Part shown: positions 9,349-18,246 of the stretch, piece by piece | Layout of the letters: every line of letters starts with the position of its first letter | Position numbering within the stretch: position 1 is the stretch's first letter | Origin: an uncultured archaeon | GTDB lineage: Archaea; Asgardarchaeota; Thorarchaeia; Thorarchaeales; Thorarchaeaceae | Direction: 5' to 3' | Length of the DNA stretch: 41,475 bases | NCBI GenBank assembly: GCA_964590575.1 | Contig: CAZPWM010000017.1 | Location: 1-41,475, forward strand | Program-made: the position numbers and the translations under genes | Notes under the pieces: model-generated | What the model saw: only the letters and a program-made list of their open reading frames with translations | Told to the model about the DNA's origin: nothing | Database searches by the model: none

Positions 9349-10140
9349 CTAGTCCTCCTCCAAGTCAAGATCTGTGAAGAGGTCTTCCTCTTCAACCTCT
9401 TCGCTTCGTCCAGGGTTGAGCACTCTCAGGAGTTTTGCATCAGCAGCGGCTATGATATCTTGTCGCTTCCTGAATCCCACAGTGGCTGCTATACGAACTG
9501 CATGTACTTCTGGATCTAGTACTTCCAGCTCAGATGCTCTGTGAACTCTGACTTCTACGTACAATGATGGATGCAGGTCTCTCACACTCTTTGGCGTGCG
9601 ATACCCTGAAGACACCATTGCAATTCGCCCCTTTCGTTTCTCACGAGTTGCGCTATCAATTCCTCTGACTTTTCGCCAGGAGTCGCTTACACGAATCCAT
9701 CGGTGAGCATGCGCATGACGGAATTTGGGCATACGAGCCTTTTTCTGCATTGCAATCCTCAGAATCCGTTGGTCTGTATTTTTCACTCTAAGTGGCACTT
9801 CGACCTTTACCTTCTTCTTAGGAGCTGCTTTCTTTTTCTTAGGCTTTGTATCTTCAGCTTTCTTTGGAGCGACTTTCTTTTCTGGTTTTGCTTCAGCCTT
9901 TTTAGATGGCTTCTTCTCCTCAGCTTTCTTCTTTGAAAGCTTAGCATCGGGAAGCAATCCTTGTGCAGCTGTAATCAGCTTTGCAGCACCGCTCTCACTT
10001 AGACCCTCTACCTTTCCGGCGAGTTTGTCGGCTTTTGCGCGGGACATACTCAGCACTGTTTTAATACCAGCCTCTCTAAGCTTCTCTTCTAGCTTTGGAC
10101 CCACGCCGGGTAAGTCTTTCAGTTCGGGCTTCTTTGACAT
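9349..10140 (-). CDS. rpl32e: 50S ribosomal protein L32e with N-terminal helix-hairpin-helix domain and Lys-rich linker
   Basis: Core PKFRH....RW.RV..SWRK.RGIDS, GYRTPK.VR.LHPS; N-terminal LKDLPGVGPKLEEKLREAGI HhH. Confidence 0.93.
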   Translation of the reverse strand: MSKKPELKDLPGVGPKLEEKLREAGIKTVLSMSRAKADKLAGKVEGLSESGAAKLITAAQGLLPDAKLSKKKAEEKKPSKKAEAKPEKKVAPKKAEDTKPKKKKAAPKKKVKVEVPLRVKNTDQRILRIAMQKKARMPKFRHAHAHRWIRVSDSWRKVRGIDSATREKRKGRIAMVSSGYRTPKSVRDLHPSLYVEVRVHRASELEVLDPEVHAVRIAATVGFRKRQDIIAAADAKLLRVLNPGRSEEVEEEDLFTDLDLEED

Positions 10141-10153
10141 ATCATGGCCTCTC

Positions 10154-10717
10154 CTATACTATTGACTTTGTTACCTCGCCTTTCTTCTTCCTGATGACAT
10201 AGATTCCATCAAGGAAAACTCTTCGGTCTTTATCACGGATCTTACAAGCTTGTTGGATATTGGCTGCACTCTGTGACACATGTTCAATATCGATTCCAGT
10301 GATGAAGACTTCATCTTCAGTGGTTTTCACTTGGACATCTCCAATCAGACGAGCAGTCCTGATACCACGCTCTCCAATGAAGTTCTTGATAATCACAATA
10401 TCTTTACGAATTTCCATAGTGATTGGGAAGTGACTGTACACAATCTTCAATTCATATTCATAACCATGCTGCACGCCAGTTAACATGTTACGAACATGTG
10501 CTATGACTGTCCCGACAAGAGCTCTGGACTTCTTCCGATTAATATGAGTGGTGACAATTAGCTCATTGCCCTCTTTCTTAATCTTAGTCTGCGGCTCTGG
10601 AAATGACCGTTCCAGTGAACCCTTTGGACCATTGATTTTGACTGTCTTGTCCTCTAGGGAAACCTGACACTCACTGGGAATTTCAATCCGTTTTTCATAG
10701 ACTGTTTCTTCAGACAT
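10154..10717 (-). CDS. rpl6: 50S ribosomal protein uL6
   Basis: GPKG, VYSHFP, NFIGE, DRRVFLDGIY. Confidence 0.97.
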   Translation of the reverse strand: MSEETVYEKRIEIPSECQVSLEDKTVKINGPKGSLERSFPEPQTKIKKEGNELIVTTHINRKKSRALVGTVIAHVRNMLTGVQHGYEYELKIVYSHFPITMEIRKDIVIIKNFIGERGIRTARLIGDVQVKTTEDEVFITGIDIEHVSQSAANIQQACKIRDKDRRVFLDGIYVIRKKKGEVTKSIV

Positions 10718-10730
10718 TTGTCAGATCTCC

Positions 10731-11123
10731 TCAATACACATATGCTAGTAATCTTCCTCCAATCCCACGTGTCTTGGCATCTCGGTGAGTCATCACTCCT
10801 TCAGGAGTTGTGACAATCAGAATACCATAGTTATAGGCTGGTAGGAAGCGTTTCTCGAATTTCTCAAAACCATCTCTTCGAACAGGGAATCTAGGCTTGA
10901 TTACACCACACTTGTTTGTACGGCCCATAAGTTGAATGCGGAATCTTCCAGCTCTTCCATCATCAATCCGTTCAAACTCTCCGATGTACCCCTTCGATTG
11001 CATGACCTGCAATACTTTCTCTAGCAAGCGTGATGCTGGAGCAATAACCACTTCTGGTTTGCCCACAATCTCACTGTTATAGATGTTTGACATTGCATCA
11101 GCCAATGGATCTAGTAGTGTCAT
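10731..11123 (-). CDS. rps8: 30S ribosomal protein uS8
   Basis: [29 protein letters not shown]; start ATG 11123. Confidence 0.97.
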   Translation of the reverse strand: MTLLDPLADAMSNIYNSEIVGKPEVVIAPASRLLEKVLQVMQSKGYIGEFERIDDGRAGRFRIQLMGRTNKCGVIKPRFPVRRDGFEKFEKRFLPAYNYGILIVTTPEGVMTHRDAKTRGIGGRLLAYVY

Positions 11124-11139
11124 TTTCTGTATAGCCTCC

Positions 11140-11310
11140 TCATGCATACTTGCGGAAACCTAGTTTCACTGCAGTTTCTCTAAAGCAGCGTCGACACATG
11201 TACAGACCATAAGATCTGATTATAGCTTGGTGTGTGCCGCAGCGGACGCATTTTCTGCTGCCTTTGCCCATCTTCTTACGTTGTTTAGTCCGTTCTTTCT
11301 TTGCACTCAT
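11140..11310 (-). CDS. rps14: 30S ribosomal protein uS14 (zinc finger)
   Basis: Absent from the ORF track. Manual translation: [56 protein letters not shown]. Confidence 0.96.
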   Translation of the reverse strand: MSAKKERTKQRKKMGKGSRKCVRCGTHQAIIRSYGLYMCRRCFRETAVKLGFRKYA

Positions 11311-11321
11311 CAATGATCACC

Positions 11322-11897
11322 TCAGAACAGATATGTCCGCTCACGCTCCTTTTCGAGTATCTCAATTCCGAATTTGTTCTTCACGAAGACCATGCTTTCT
11401 TCTGCAGTCAGGCGATGCCTGTATGGAACCTTCGTCTGTTTTCTTCGTCTGCGCTTCACTCTAAAGCCAGGTCGTTCAATACATACTGTGATATTCATAC
11501 CCTGAATCCCAAGTTGTGGGTCGTATTTCACATCTGGTATGTCAATATGCTCTGAAATGCCAAAAGCAAAGTTACCATCAAGATCCCAGTTTTTGATGAG
11601 CAATACATCATCCTTTGCCTTCAAGGCTTTCGCAAGAAACTGCTCCGCTTTCTTGTGCCTTAGAGTAACTCGTACTGCAATTGGTTCTTTTCTACGAATG
11701 CCGAAGTCTCGAACAGTCTGACGAGCTTTTGACTCAGTTGGAGTCTGTCCAGTTAGATCTTCAAGAATGGTTGCAGCTTTTGCGAGAGGTTCACCACCGC
11801 CGGTGCAAACGTCTATAATTACCTTCGCGATTTGCGGCTCTCTCATAGGATACGCTTTCCAGTCCTCAACGAAGATTTGTTCATTCTCAATACTCAC
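11322..11897 (-). CDS. rpl5: 50S ribosomal protein uL5
   Basis: PMREP.IAKV, FGIRRKEPIA.RVTLR, GNFAFGI.EHI, YDP.LGI.G. Confidence 0.97.
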   Translation of the reverse strand: MSIENEQIFVEDWKAYPMREPQIAKVIIDVCTGGGEPLAKAATILEDLTGQTPTESKARQTVRDFGIRRKEPIAVRVTLRHKKAEQFLAKALKAKDDVLLIKNWDLDGNFAFGISEHIDIPDVKYDPQLGIQGMNITVCIERPGFRVKRRRRKQTKVPYRHRLTAEESMVFVKNKFGIEILEKERERTYLF

Positions 11898-12649
11898 TCT
11901 GAACTACCTCCTTCAGAGTCTAGAGTAACCTCTGGCTTACTCTTACCTACGACAAAGACATATTCAAGAGCTGTCTGGACCCTGTTTCCATCAGGGTCCT
12001 GTAGTGTAACTGTACTGGCATGTGTGCCAATTCTCTTCTCGATATCGAGGATTTTTCCTTCGATTCCAACGTTCTTACCACGTGAAACCACTGCATATGC
12101 GCCTTTGTCGAGATTGATAGTCTTCATGAGTTTCTGCGTGGGTATTCCAATCTTTAGAGTATCAAGTGTTTGATAATCCGAAGGTTTTTCGTCCTCTGGA
12201 AGTAATAGAGTTCTTCCATCATGAAGCCCAAATTGAATTTTCCCGCCTTTGACCATGGTTTTGGTTTCAATCCGACATAGTTTGTACTTAGCTTCTGAAT
12301 CATCAATCTTGACCAATCTCAGACCGCCTCGTGGCTTTGGGAGGAGTCTGAAGCGTTCTCCTGAGCTTGTGATTTCCACGACATCCATAAGTCCTACTGG
12401 AAATCGACCTTCTTTTCGAATCTCGCCATCAACCCTAATGTCGCCGCTGGAGAGTATTGCTTTCACTTCCCGCATGTTCTCTGCATATCCGAGTACTTCT
12501 CTCAGAAGGACTGCGAGTGTGAGACAGTGTTCTTTGGGATGTGGTCCTGGTATCACTCGAGTGGTGAACTTGTCTTCTTTTCTCTTGATTGGCCAGTGTC
12601 TAGGTGCGGGTAGCCGTTTCAGGTGTTTCTTTTGACCTCTTCTTGCCAT
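11894..12649 (-). CDS. rps4e: 30S ribosomal protein S4e
   Basis: KHLKRLPAP.HW.I.RK, PGPH, FPVGLMDV, LHDGR. Confidence 0.97.
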   Translation of the reverse strand: MARRGQKKHLKRLPAPRHWPIKRKEDKFTTRVIPGPHPKEHCLTLAVLLREVLGYAENMREVKAILSSGDIRVDGEIRKEGRFPVGLMDVVEITSSGERFRLLPKPRGGLRLVKIDDSEAKYKLCRIETKTMVKGGKIQFGLHDGRTLLLPEDEKPSDYQTLDTLKIGIPTQKLMKTINLDKGAYAVVSRGKNVGIEGKILDIEKRIGTHASTVTLQDPDGNRVQTALEYVFVVGKSKPEVTLDSEGGSSE

Positions 12650-13041
12650 TATTCCTCACTCTCCGTGATTTTCATCACTTTACGTTCTATCAGGGTCTTT
12701 CTCTCATCATCCATTTCCAATTTTACTAGCATGAGATTTGAAGGATGAACTGGAACTGCAGCTTCTTTTCCATCAGCTTTAGTAATCGTAGTGTTGTCAA
12801 GATAGACTACTCCTTTTTTGTAGCTAACAAGGGTTACCTTGCTCTCTGTATCACGAAATTGTCCTCTCATGATTCTAACAAGATCACCTTTCTTGATAAC
12901 GAGTGAACGTAGACCATATTCTTCCGTAAGGAACTCGTCGAGTCGAGCCTTGAGCAAATTTTTCCGCTCATGTATAGGTGCATTCATGATTCGCCTGCGT
13001 TGTTTCCTTGGAGCTTTTGAGCTTGGTTTCTTTACCATCAT
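12649..13041 (-). CDS. rpl24: 50S ribosomal protein uL24
   Basis: PRKQRR...AP.H, KGD.VRIMRG, VHPSN. Confidence 0.97.
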   Translation of the reverse strand: MMVKKPSSKAPRKQRRRIMNAPIHERKNLLKARLDEFLTEEYGLRSLVIKKGDLVRIMRGQFRDTESKVTLVSYKKGVVYLDNTTITKADGKEAAVPVHPSNLMLVKLEMDDERKTLIERKVMKITESEE

Positions 13042-13049
13042 TCACACCC

Positions 13050-13472
13050 TCATACAATCTTTGATGCAATCGCGGCTACTCTTGGCCACTTCATCGTGAC
13101 CTCTCTTGCCATAGGTCCTCTCAATTCAGAACCCTGTGGTTCGCCTCCAGGCTTGATCAGGACTGCTGCATTATCCTCGAACTGCATCCAAGTCCCATCG
13201 GGTCTTCTGTATGGCTTTTTCTGTCTTACAATTATAGCCGAAATCACCTGTTTTCGCAGTTCTTGCTTTCCTTTGATGACAGACACGTTGACCATGTCAC
13301 CGACTCCAGCCTTCCCCAACTTCCGCAGTTTTCCCTTATATCCAAAGACAGTAATCAGCTGGAGTTCTTTAGCTCCAGAGTTGTCTGCACACATAATGGT
13401 GGCACCGATTGGGAGCCCTCGCGCGATTCGTGGGATGAATCTTTGAATTCCTCTACCAACTTTTCTTGACAT
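13050..13472 (-). CDS. rpl14: 50S ribosomal protein uL14
   Basis: CADNSGAK, VGD, FEDNAAV. Confidence 0.97.
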   Translation of the reverse strand: MSRKVGRGIQRFIPRIARGLPIGATIMCADNSGAKELQLITVFGYKGKLRKLGKAGVGDMVNVSVIKGKQELRKQVISAIIVRQKKPYRRPDGTWMQFEDNAAVLIKPGGEPQGSELRGPMAREVTMKWPRVAAIASKIV

Positions 13473-13475
13473 GAA

Positions 13476-13853
13476 TTATTCCTCCTTTGCGCCTGTATCT
13501 GCGGGAGTGAAGGCCACAACAACACTTGACACATTCTTGCTTAGTGGACGGCATTCAATCACCTTGACAATATCGCCAACTTTCACTTCGATACACGGAG
13601 GTAAGTGTGCCAGTTTTTTGGATCGTCGACGTTCATACCGTGAGTATTTCTTTACTAGACTTAGAAAATCGGTCTGAAAAGCGATTGTCTTGTACATCTT
13701 AGTACTAGTGACGATTCCTTCCATTACACGCCCTCGGACCGATAGATTGCCATGAAATGGACAATTCGGGTCGTCACATACCTTTTCAGGAGGCTTCACG
13801 TTTGGGATGCCAATATTACGGACTTTACTCTTTGTTTCAGCCACAATCACCAT
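13476..13853 (-). CDS. rps17: 30S ribosomal protein uS17
   Basis: [28 protein letters not shown]. Confidence 0.97.
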   Translation of the reverse strand: MVIVAETKSKVRNIGIPNVKPPEKVCDDPNCPFHGNLSVRGRVMEGIVTSTKMYKTIAFQTDFLSLVKKYSRYERRRSKKLAHLPPCIEVKVGDIVKVIECRPLSKNVSSVVVAFTPADTGAKEE

Positions 13854-14131
13854 CTCCTATTAAGGCGCTTCTTCATCCTATCCTCTGGTCTTCCCCTGAG
13901 CAGTCCTCCATCGATTCGGACCACTCTGTTATCCGGGAGAGTCATATCAAAAACACAGATTGCCTTTGGAACAGATATTGTCCCTTGCTCTGTGTCAATC
14001 TGAATCATCTCTTTAGACTCATTCAGGATGACTCCTTTCCTACACACGTAATTGGAGTCTTTTGATTCAACAATGTGTGTTGACAGACCCACAAGTTCAT
14101 GCATTACTATATTCTGAGGAGTGATTTTCAT
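13847..14131 (-). CDS. rnp1: Ribonuclease P protein component 1 (Rpp29/Pop4)
   Basis: HELVGL, G....E, VPK..C.F, IDG..L.GRPEDR. Confidence 0.93.
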   Translation of the reverse strand: MKITPQNIVMHELVGLSTHIVESKDSNYVCRKGVILNESKEMIQIDTEQGTISVPKAICVFDMTLPDNRVVRIDGGLLRGRPEDRMKKRLNRRW

Positions 14132-14340
14132 ACTTGTGCCTCCCTCTCCTCTTCATGCTGAATGGTGAGAATGCGTGCGATTGCTTTTCTCACATTTCGA
14201 ATCCGGTACGGGTTCTCAGTGCCGCCACCAGTTGCTGTTTCAGTTCTGATGCGGGACATTTCATTGTATAGCTCATCCAGCTTTTTCTGACGCTCTGCAA
14301 GGGTCAGTTTTCTAATCTCTTTGGTTTTTAGTCCTGGCAC
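14128..14340 (-). CDS. rpl29: 50S ribosomal protein uL29
   Basis: EIR, ENP.RIR..RK.IARILT. Confidence 0.95.
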   Translation of the reverse strand: MPGLKTKEIRKLTLAERQKKLDELYNEMSRIRTETATGGGTENPYRIRNVRKAIARILTIQHEEEREAQV

Positions 14341-15251
14341 TATTCAGAACCTCCATCATCTAAAGACTCCAATTCTTTGAGATCTTCCAAAATTGCTTCT
14401 TCAGCAGACTCTTCAGACTCATCCTCCGGCTCTGGTTCCTCTAACTCGGGAGCTACTTCCTTCTTAGGTTCCGGTGGAGTTTCTTTCTCCACTTCAATGG
14501 GCTCATCCACTAACTCGAGTCCATCAAGCTCCTCAAGCTCCCGGAGTTCATCAATGTCTGTGATTCCCTCAAGTGACTCTTCAACAGCCTCGGTGTCTTC
14601 AGGTTCTTCTTCCTTTTGTTTCTTAACGAGCTCTATCTCTTCTTTCTTCTTGGGTCTTGGTGGTTTGATATGAATCACTCCAGGAAGTTTGGATTCAGGT
14701 TTCATAATTCGGACTGTTATACCAATGACTCCCGGTTTTAAGACGGCTCGATCATTTGCGTGGTCAACAAAGACATCTGCAGGTTCTCCAGTCTTTGCTA
14801 TAATTCCCTGTTTGAATTTCTGATATCGCGCTCTTCTGCTTGATAATTTACCCTTGACAATTATCTCACAGCCTGTTGCACCAGCTCTCATAACTCGCCT
14901 GAGAATCCAATAAGCCATTCTACGAAAGCGAACTCCTCTCTCAAGCTGTCTGGCTAATCGCGAAGCCATCACAGCTGCATCCAACCATGGATTCTCAATT
15001 TCACTAACCTCAATTTGGACATTTTCTATCCCGAACTCATTCTCCAAAATGTAGGTTAGTTCTCTAATCTTAGCACCACGACGACCAATTACAACACCTG
15101 GTCTTGAGGCATGAATCACAACCTCTGATTTCATGGGCATTTTTCTGATCTCAACACCGCCATATCCTGCAGCATTTAGTTCTTTAGCTAGGAATTCATC
15201 AATCGCGAGTTTGCGGGAGTTTTGTTCTATGAAATATTTGACAGCCGACAT
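14340..15251 (-). CDS. rps3: 30S ribosomal protein uS3 with acidic C-terminal extension
   Basis: AGYGG, RPGVVIGRRG, LERGVRFRR, GVIGITVRI. Confidence 0.97.
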   Translation of the reverse strand: MSAVKYFIEQNSRKLAIDEFLAKELNAAGYGGVEIRKMPMKSEVVIHASRPGVVIGRRGAKIRELTYILENEFGIENVQIEVSEIENPWLDAAVMASRLARQLERGVRFRRMAYWILRRVMRAGATGCEIIVKGKLSSRRARYQKFKQGIIAKTGEPADVFVDHANDRAVLKPGVIGITVRIMKPESKLPGVIHIKPPRPKKKEEIELVKKQKEEEPEDTEAVEESLEGITDIDELRELEELDGLELVDEPIEVEKETPPEPKKEVAPELEEPEPEDESEESAEEAILEDLKELESLDDGGSE

Positions 15252-15716
15252 TTAACCCACCTCTTCCAGTACGATCTCCACATGGGATGTATTCTCAGTG
15301 TAAGGGGTACTTCGACCGAATCCTCGCTCGATGAATTTCTTGTAGACCCGACCATGCTGTGTTGCAGCATGGACTATCCTGAGACGGTCGATATCAAGGC
15401 CCTTACTGTCTGCATTTGCCTCCGCATTCTTCAGAACTTTTATGATATGCTCTGAAGCTTTTACAGGATGACCACCTGCTGGCCATCTCTTCATTCCAGA
15501 ATGATGTCCGCGCTTCTTCTTATGGCGCCTATAAGGGATCCAGGCCTTTTCTTCCATTACTAGTTCTAGAAGGTCGATTGCCTTGTCTAACATCATTCCC
15601 TGAATGTGATTGCAGACCTCTCTACATTGTTTTGGGGAAACCCGCATGTTTCTTCCACTGGCTATGGCTGTCCTATCCGGGTCAATGCCTATGATTGAAT
15701 ATCCATATGATGGCAT
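15252..15716 (-). CDS. rpl22: 50S ribosomal protein uL22
   Basis: VSPK, G.HPVKA, NAEANA..KGLD, HVEIVL. Confidence 0.97.
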   Translation of the reverse strand: MPSYGYSIIGIDPDRTAIASGRNMRVSPKQCREVCNHIQGMMLDKAIDLLELVMEEKAWIPYRRHKKKRGHHSGMKRWPAGGHPVKASEHIIKVLKNAEANADSKGLDIDRLRIVHAATQHGRVYKKFIERGFGRSTPYTENTSHVEIVLEEVG

Positions 15717-15738
15717 TTTGCCTCACTTCCGCTGTGGG

Positions 15739-15773
15739 GACTTTATTTTGCTTACTCTGTAAGCTGTAAAGTC
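15739..15773 (-). promoter_or_regulatory. Stem-loop in the putative 5' leader of the ribosomal protein operon
   Basis: GACTTTA-CA-GCTTAC-AGA-GTAAGC-AAAA-TAAAGTC (7 bp plus 6 bp stems); TTTAAA box near 15923-15928. Confidence 0.5.
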
Positions 15774-15960
15774 ATCATTCCGCTCTTCACAACCACTTCG
15801 AACCTACCGGCACACGTATACAGACTGTTCTCGCGAGCAGAACTAGTTGTCTGCACTGCTTCCATTGGTTCAGAAACAGATGTCTCAGTTGAGCAGTTAC
15901 TCGGTTTCGGAAGAGTTTTGCATTTAAACATTGTCACTTGCCCGAATTCAAATGACCCGC

Positions 15961-16359
15961 TTAGGGGTTGTTCCCGAACTCTGCTGTGACGCGTCTGAGA
16001 ACTGGAGTCTTCACCGACCGTTTCACGAGATCGACCCCCTCCTCAGTTAAAGTCCCATTCACAAAGTGAACTCCTGCTGAGCGTATATAGACAAGTCCTC
16101 TGTTTTTGAGTTTCTGAAGACTGCCTAGGACTATCTGTGTTAGTTCCTCTTCTGTGACATCCAGTCCCCCACCTGGTATCTGCAAAGTTTCAGACATCTT
16201 GAGGATGTTCCGCATGGAACTAAGTTGACGACGGTTGTTGTCATATGGATTGGAATACATCCAGAATAGAACTATGAGATCCACAACATCGAGACCGATG
16301 TCTGGATTATGTTCCAGAGTTCTTATGGCAACAAGTTCTACTATTGGCATATCTTCCAC
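15961..16359 (-). CDS. Hypothetical protein, probable winged-helix fold
   Basis: SLQKLKNRGLVY...TLTEEG resembles a wHTH recognition helix and wing. Confidence 0.6.
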   Translation of the reverse strand: MEDMPIVELVAIRTLEHNPDIGLDVVDLIVLFWMYSNPYDNNRRQLSSMRNILKMSETLQIPGGGLDVTEEELTQIVLGSLQKLKNRGLVYIRSAGVHFVNGTLTEEGVDLVKRSVKTPVLRRVTAEFGNNP

Positions 16360-16399
16360 ATTCTTTTACGATTGAGCCCTATTCAACTAATCGAAACTA

Positions 16400-17113
16400 T
16401 CATGCTTGGCTGATGTAACCACTCTTTGGTTCAAAAATCTCTCCTTTTTGCATGAGTTTTTCAAGAGAGGTTTCTACAGATTCTTCAGAGATTCCCCTCT
16501 CTCCAAATCTCTTGATGAGATCAGTGACTCTCAATGCTTTCTTAGATCCTTGGAGAAGATTTAGAATCTCCACAGTGACATCCTTGCTAAAAACATCTTT
16601 AGACTTGGTCATATCCTCAGCTACAACAAGTTGCACTGACCAAGGTCTGGGGAAAATCAACGTTCCATCATTTGAGAGAGCTTCTAGTTGGCCCTCAACC
16701 CAATTCCATTCTAGTTCATAGTCTGAACACAATTCTTCTATTCGATCCAGAGAGCATGGTTTTTTTTGGGCTTCATTGTGAAGCAGTTCTATCAATCGAG
16801 TTCTCTTACCAGGTGGTCTAGATTCCTCATCCTTAGAGGAGATGTTTTCGATAGTCACACGTTCTTTTGGGAGAAGGGCAATTACTCGCTCTCTAGATCT
16901 CTCAACCGCCTTTTCAAATTCATCTCCTCCTCTTGAAGCATTAAATTCCTTCACTGCTGCTGAAGCTTTTTCAGGTGTGTCGAATAGAGCTGATGCAGCT
17001 TTAGATACATCAATGATGGTACCACAGTAACTACACCTCCTCCGCTTCTGCTTAACTGGTGCATTTGTGAAATTACGGCATTTTGAGCACATGAAAACCA
17101 AGTACTGCTTCAA
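16400..17113 (-). CDS. DUF1922-like zinc ribbon plus two winged-helix domains
   Basis: YLVFMCSKC...RRCSYCG; repeated L..L...G.(LI/I)F.P..; C-terminus LEKLMQKGEIFEPKSGYI. Confidence 0.7.
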   Translation of the reverse strand: MKQYLVFMCSKCRNFTNAPVKQKRRRCSYCGTIIDVSKAASALFDTPEKASAAVKEFNASRGGDEFEKAVERSRERVIALLPKERVTIENISSKDEESRPPGKRTRLIELLHNEAQKKPCSLDRIEELCSDYELEWNWVEGQLEALSNDGTLIFPRPWSVQLVVAEDMTKSKDVFSKDVTVEILNLLQGSKKALRVTDLIKRFGERGISEESVETSLEKLMQKGEIFEPKSGYISQA

Positions 17114-17232
17114 TTTTTTTTACACCTACTGCAATAGAGTCATGTTGGACAGTATATAATGCTCGCTGTAATGGTTCAGATGAATATCGTTATATCTCCA
17201 TTAGTCCGGGGAGAGAATCGGAGACGCACGCG

Positions 17233-17457
17233 ATGGCAAAGAAAGCGAAAGCAATCGTTGTCGACCCCAAGCTCTGTAAGGGTTGTCATATCTGCATCTC
17301 CGTTTGTCCGCATGGTGTTTTGAAAAAATCTGAAGTCGTTGACAACCGTGGTTTTTTCCTTCCAATGGTTGTTGACCTAGAAGCATGCAAGGTCTGTAAG
17401 TTGTGCGAGATGGAATGCCCTGACTTTGCTATCTCAGTAGCAGCAGTCGAAGAATGA
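17233..17457 (+). CDS. 2x[4Fe-4S] ferredoxin (2-oxoacid oxidoreductase delta-like)
   Basis: CKGCHICISVCP and CKVCKLCEMECPDFAI. Confidence 0.92.
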   Translation: MAKKAKAIVVDPKLCKGCHICISVCPHGVLKKSEVVDNRGFFLPMVVDLEACKVCKLCEMECPDFAISVAAVEE

Positions 17458-17560
17458 TTAGCTCTTCACTCATTAATTCCGAGAGAATCTATCTTCTACG
17501 AGTTCTAATAATACAATCAAACATATAGTACTGGATATCTCTTCAAGGTGTCCGCATGAT

Positions 17561-18133
17561 ATGTTGGTGTATGCAGTGTCAAATCCCGAAATTCGCGTGT
17601 TGTTAGAATTACGAACTCAACTTGGTGAAGAACTCGATAGACTGAGAGAACGGATAGAGCAACTGCAGGAATTCATCCAAGCTCTGGACTCCACAATCGG
17701 TCAAGGCAGCTTCACTACAGCTGATGTAGCTATGGAAACTCCTGTTATGACACCTACAGAATCATTGGTTGCATCCGGTGAACCCCGGAACATTGCAATA
17801 CTAAACAAACCGGGTGATCTGGAACTAGCTACTATTGAGGTCATTGAACAGAATCTGAGGGTCATTCCTGCTGACCATGCAGTATATAACATCACACGAG
17901 GGGCATTTGCTAGATTCTTTGTTCAGGACATACTTGGTAAGTTCCAGCAGGAAGATCGTCATCGCGTTGAGAACGGTGAGATTGAGTGGGAAGACGCTTT
18001 CGATTTCGAAGTTAAGTCAGAGGATAAGATTCTCGATGAGGTCATCGTCAAAAACTTCGGTGATGAATCCAGATTGGAGGAGATTCAAAGAACTCTTCGA
18101 TGGACATTAGAAAAAATCTACCGTGCAAGATAA
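17561..18133 (+). CDS. Hypothetical protein with N-terminal coiled coil
   Basis: Heptads LELRTQLGEELDRLRERIEQLQEFIQALD followed by a globular C-terminal domain. Confidence 0.75.
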   Translation: MLVYAVSNPEIRVLLELRTQLGEELDRLRERIEQLQEFIQALDSTIGQGSFTTADVAMETPVMTPTESLVASGEPRNIAILNKPGDLELATIEVIEQNLRVIPADHAVYNITRGAFARFFVQDILGKFQQEDRHRVENGEIEWEDAFDFEVKSEDKILDEVIVKNFGDESRLEEIQRTLRWTLEKIYRAR

Positions 18134-18246
18134 CAACGCGCCAAAATTACTGACCTCTATTTCTTTTGCAAAAGAGTCATATACTCCGTAGCCAGCTCTG
18201 CACTTTAAGCGACTCTTTGTTCATTGACAATGCTGGAGCGAAGGCA

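Noticed and set aside
1328-15455. Many plus-strand ORFs across the ribosomal operon, including Ser- and Phe-rich ones
   Set aside because: Antisense to well-identified genes; their low complexity mirrors the Glu- and Lys-rich tails
15752-15937. 61-aa ORF upstream of rpl22
   Set aside because: No similarity to uS19 or any known motif; it overlaps the predicted TATA box and leader hairpin. A leader peptide is not fully excluded.
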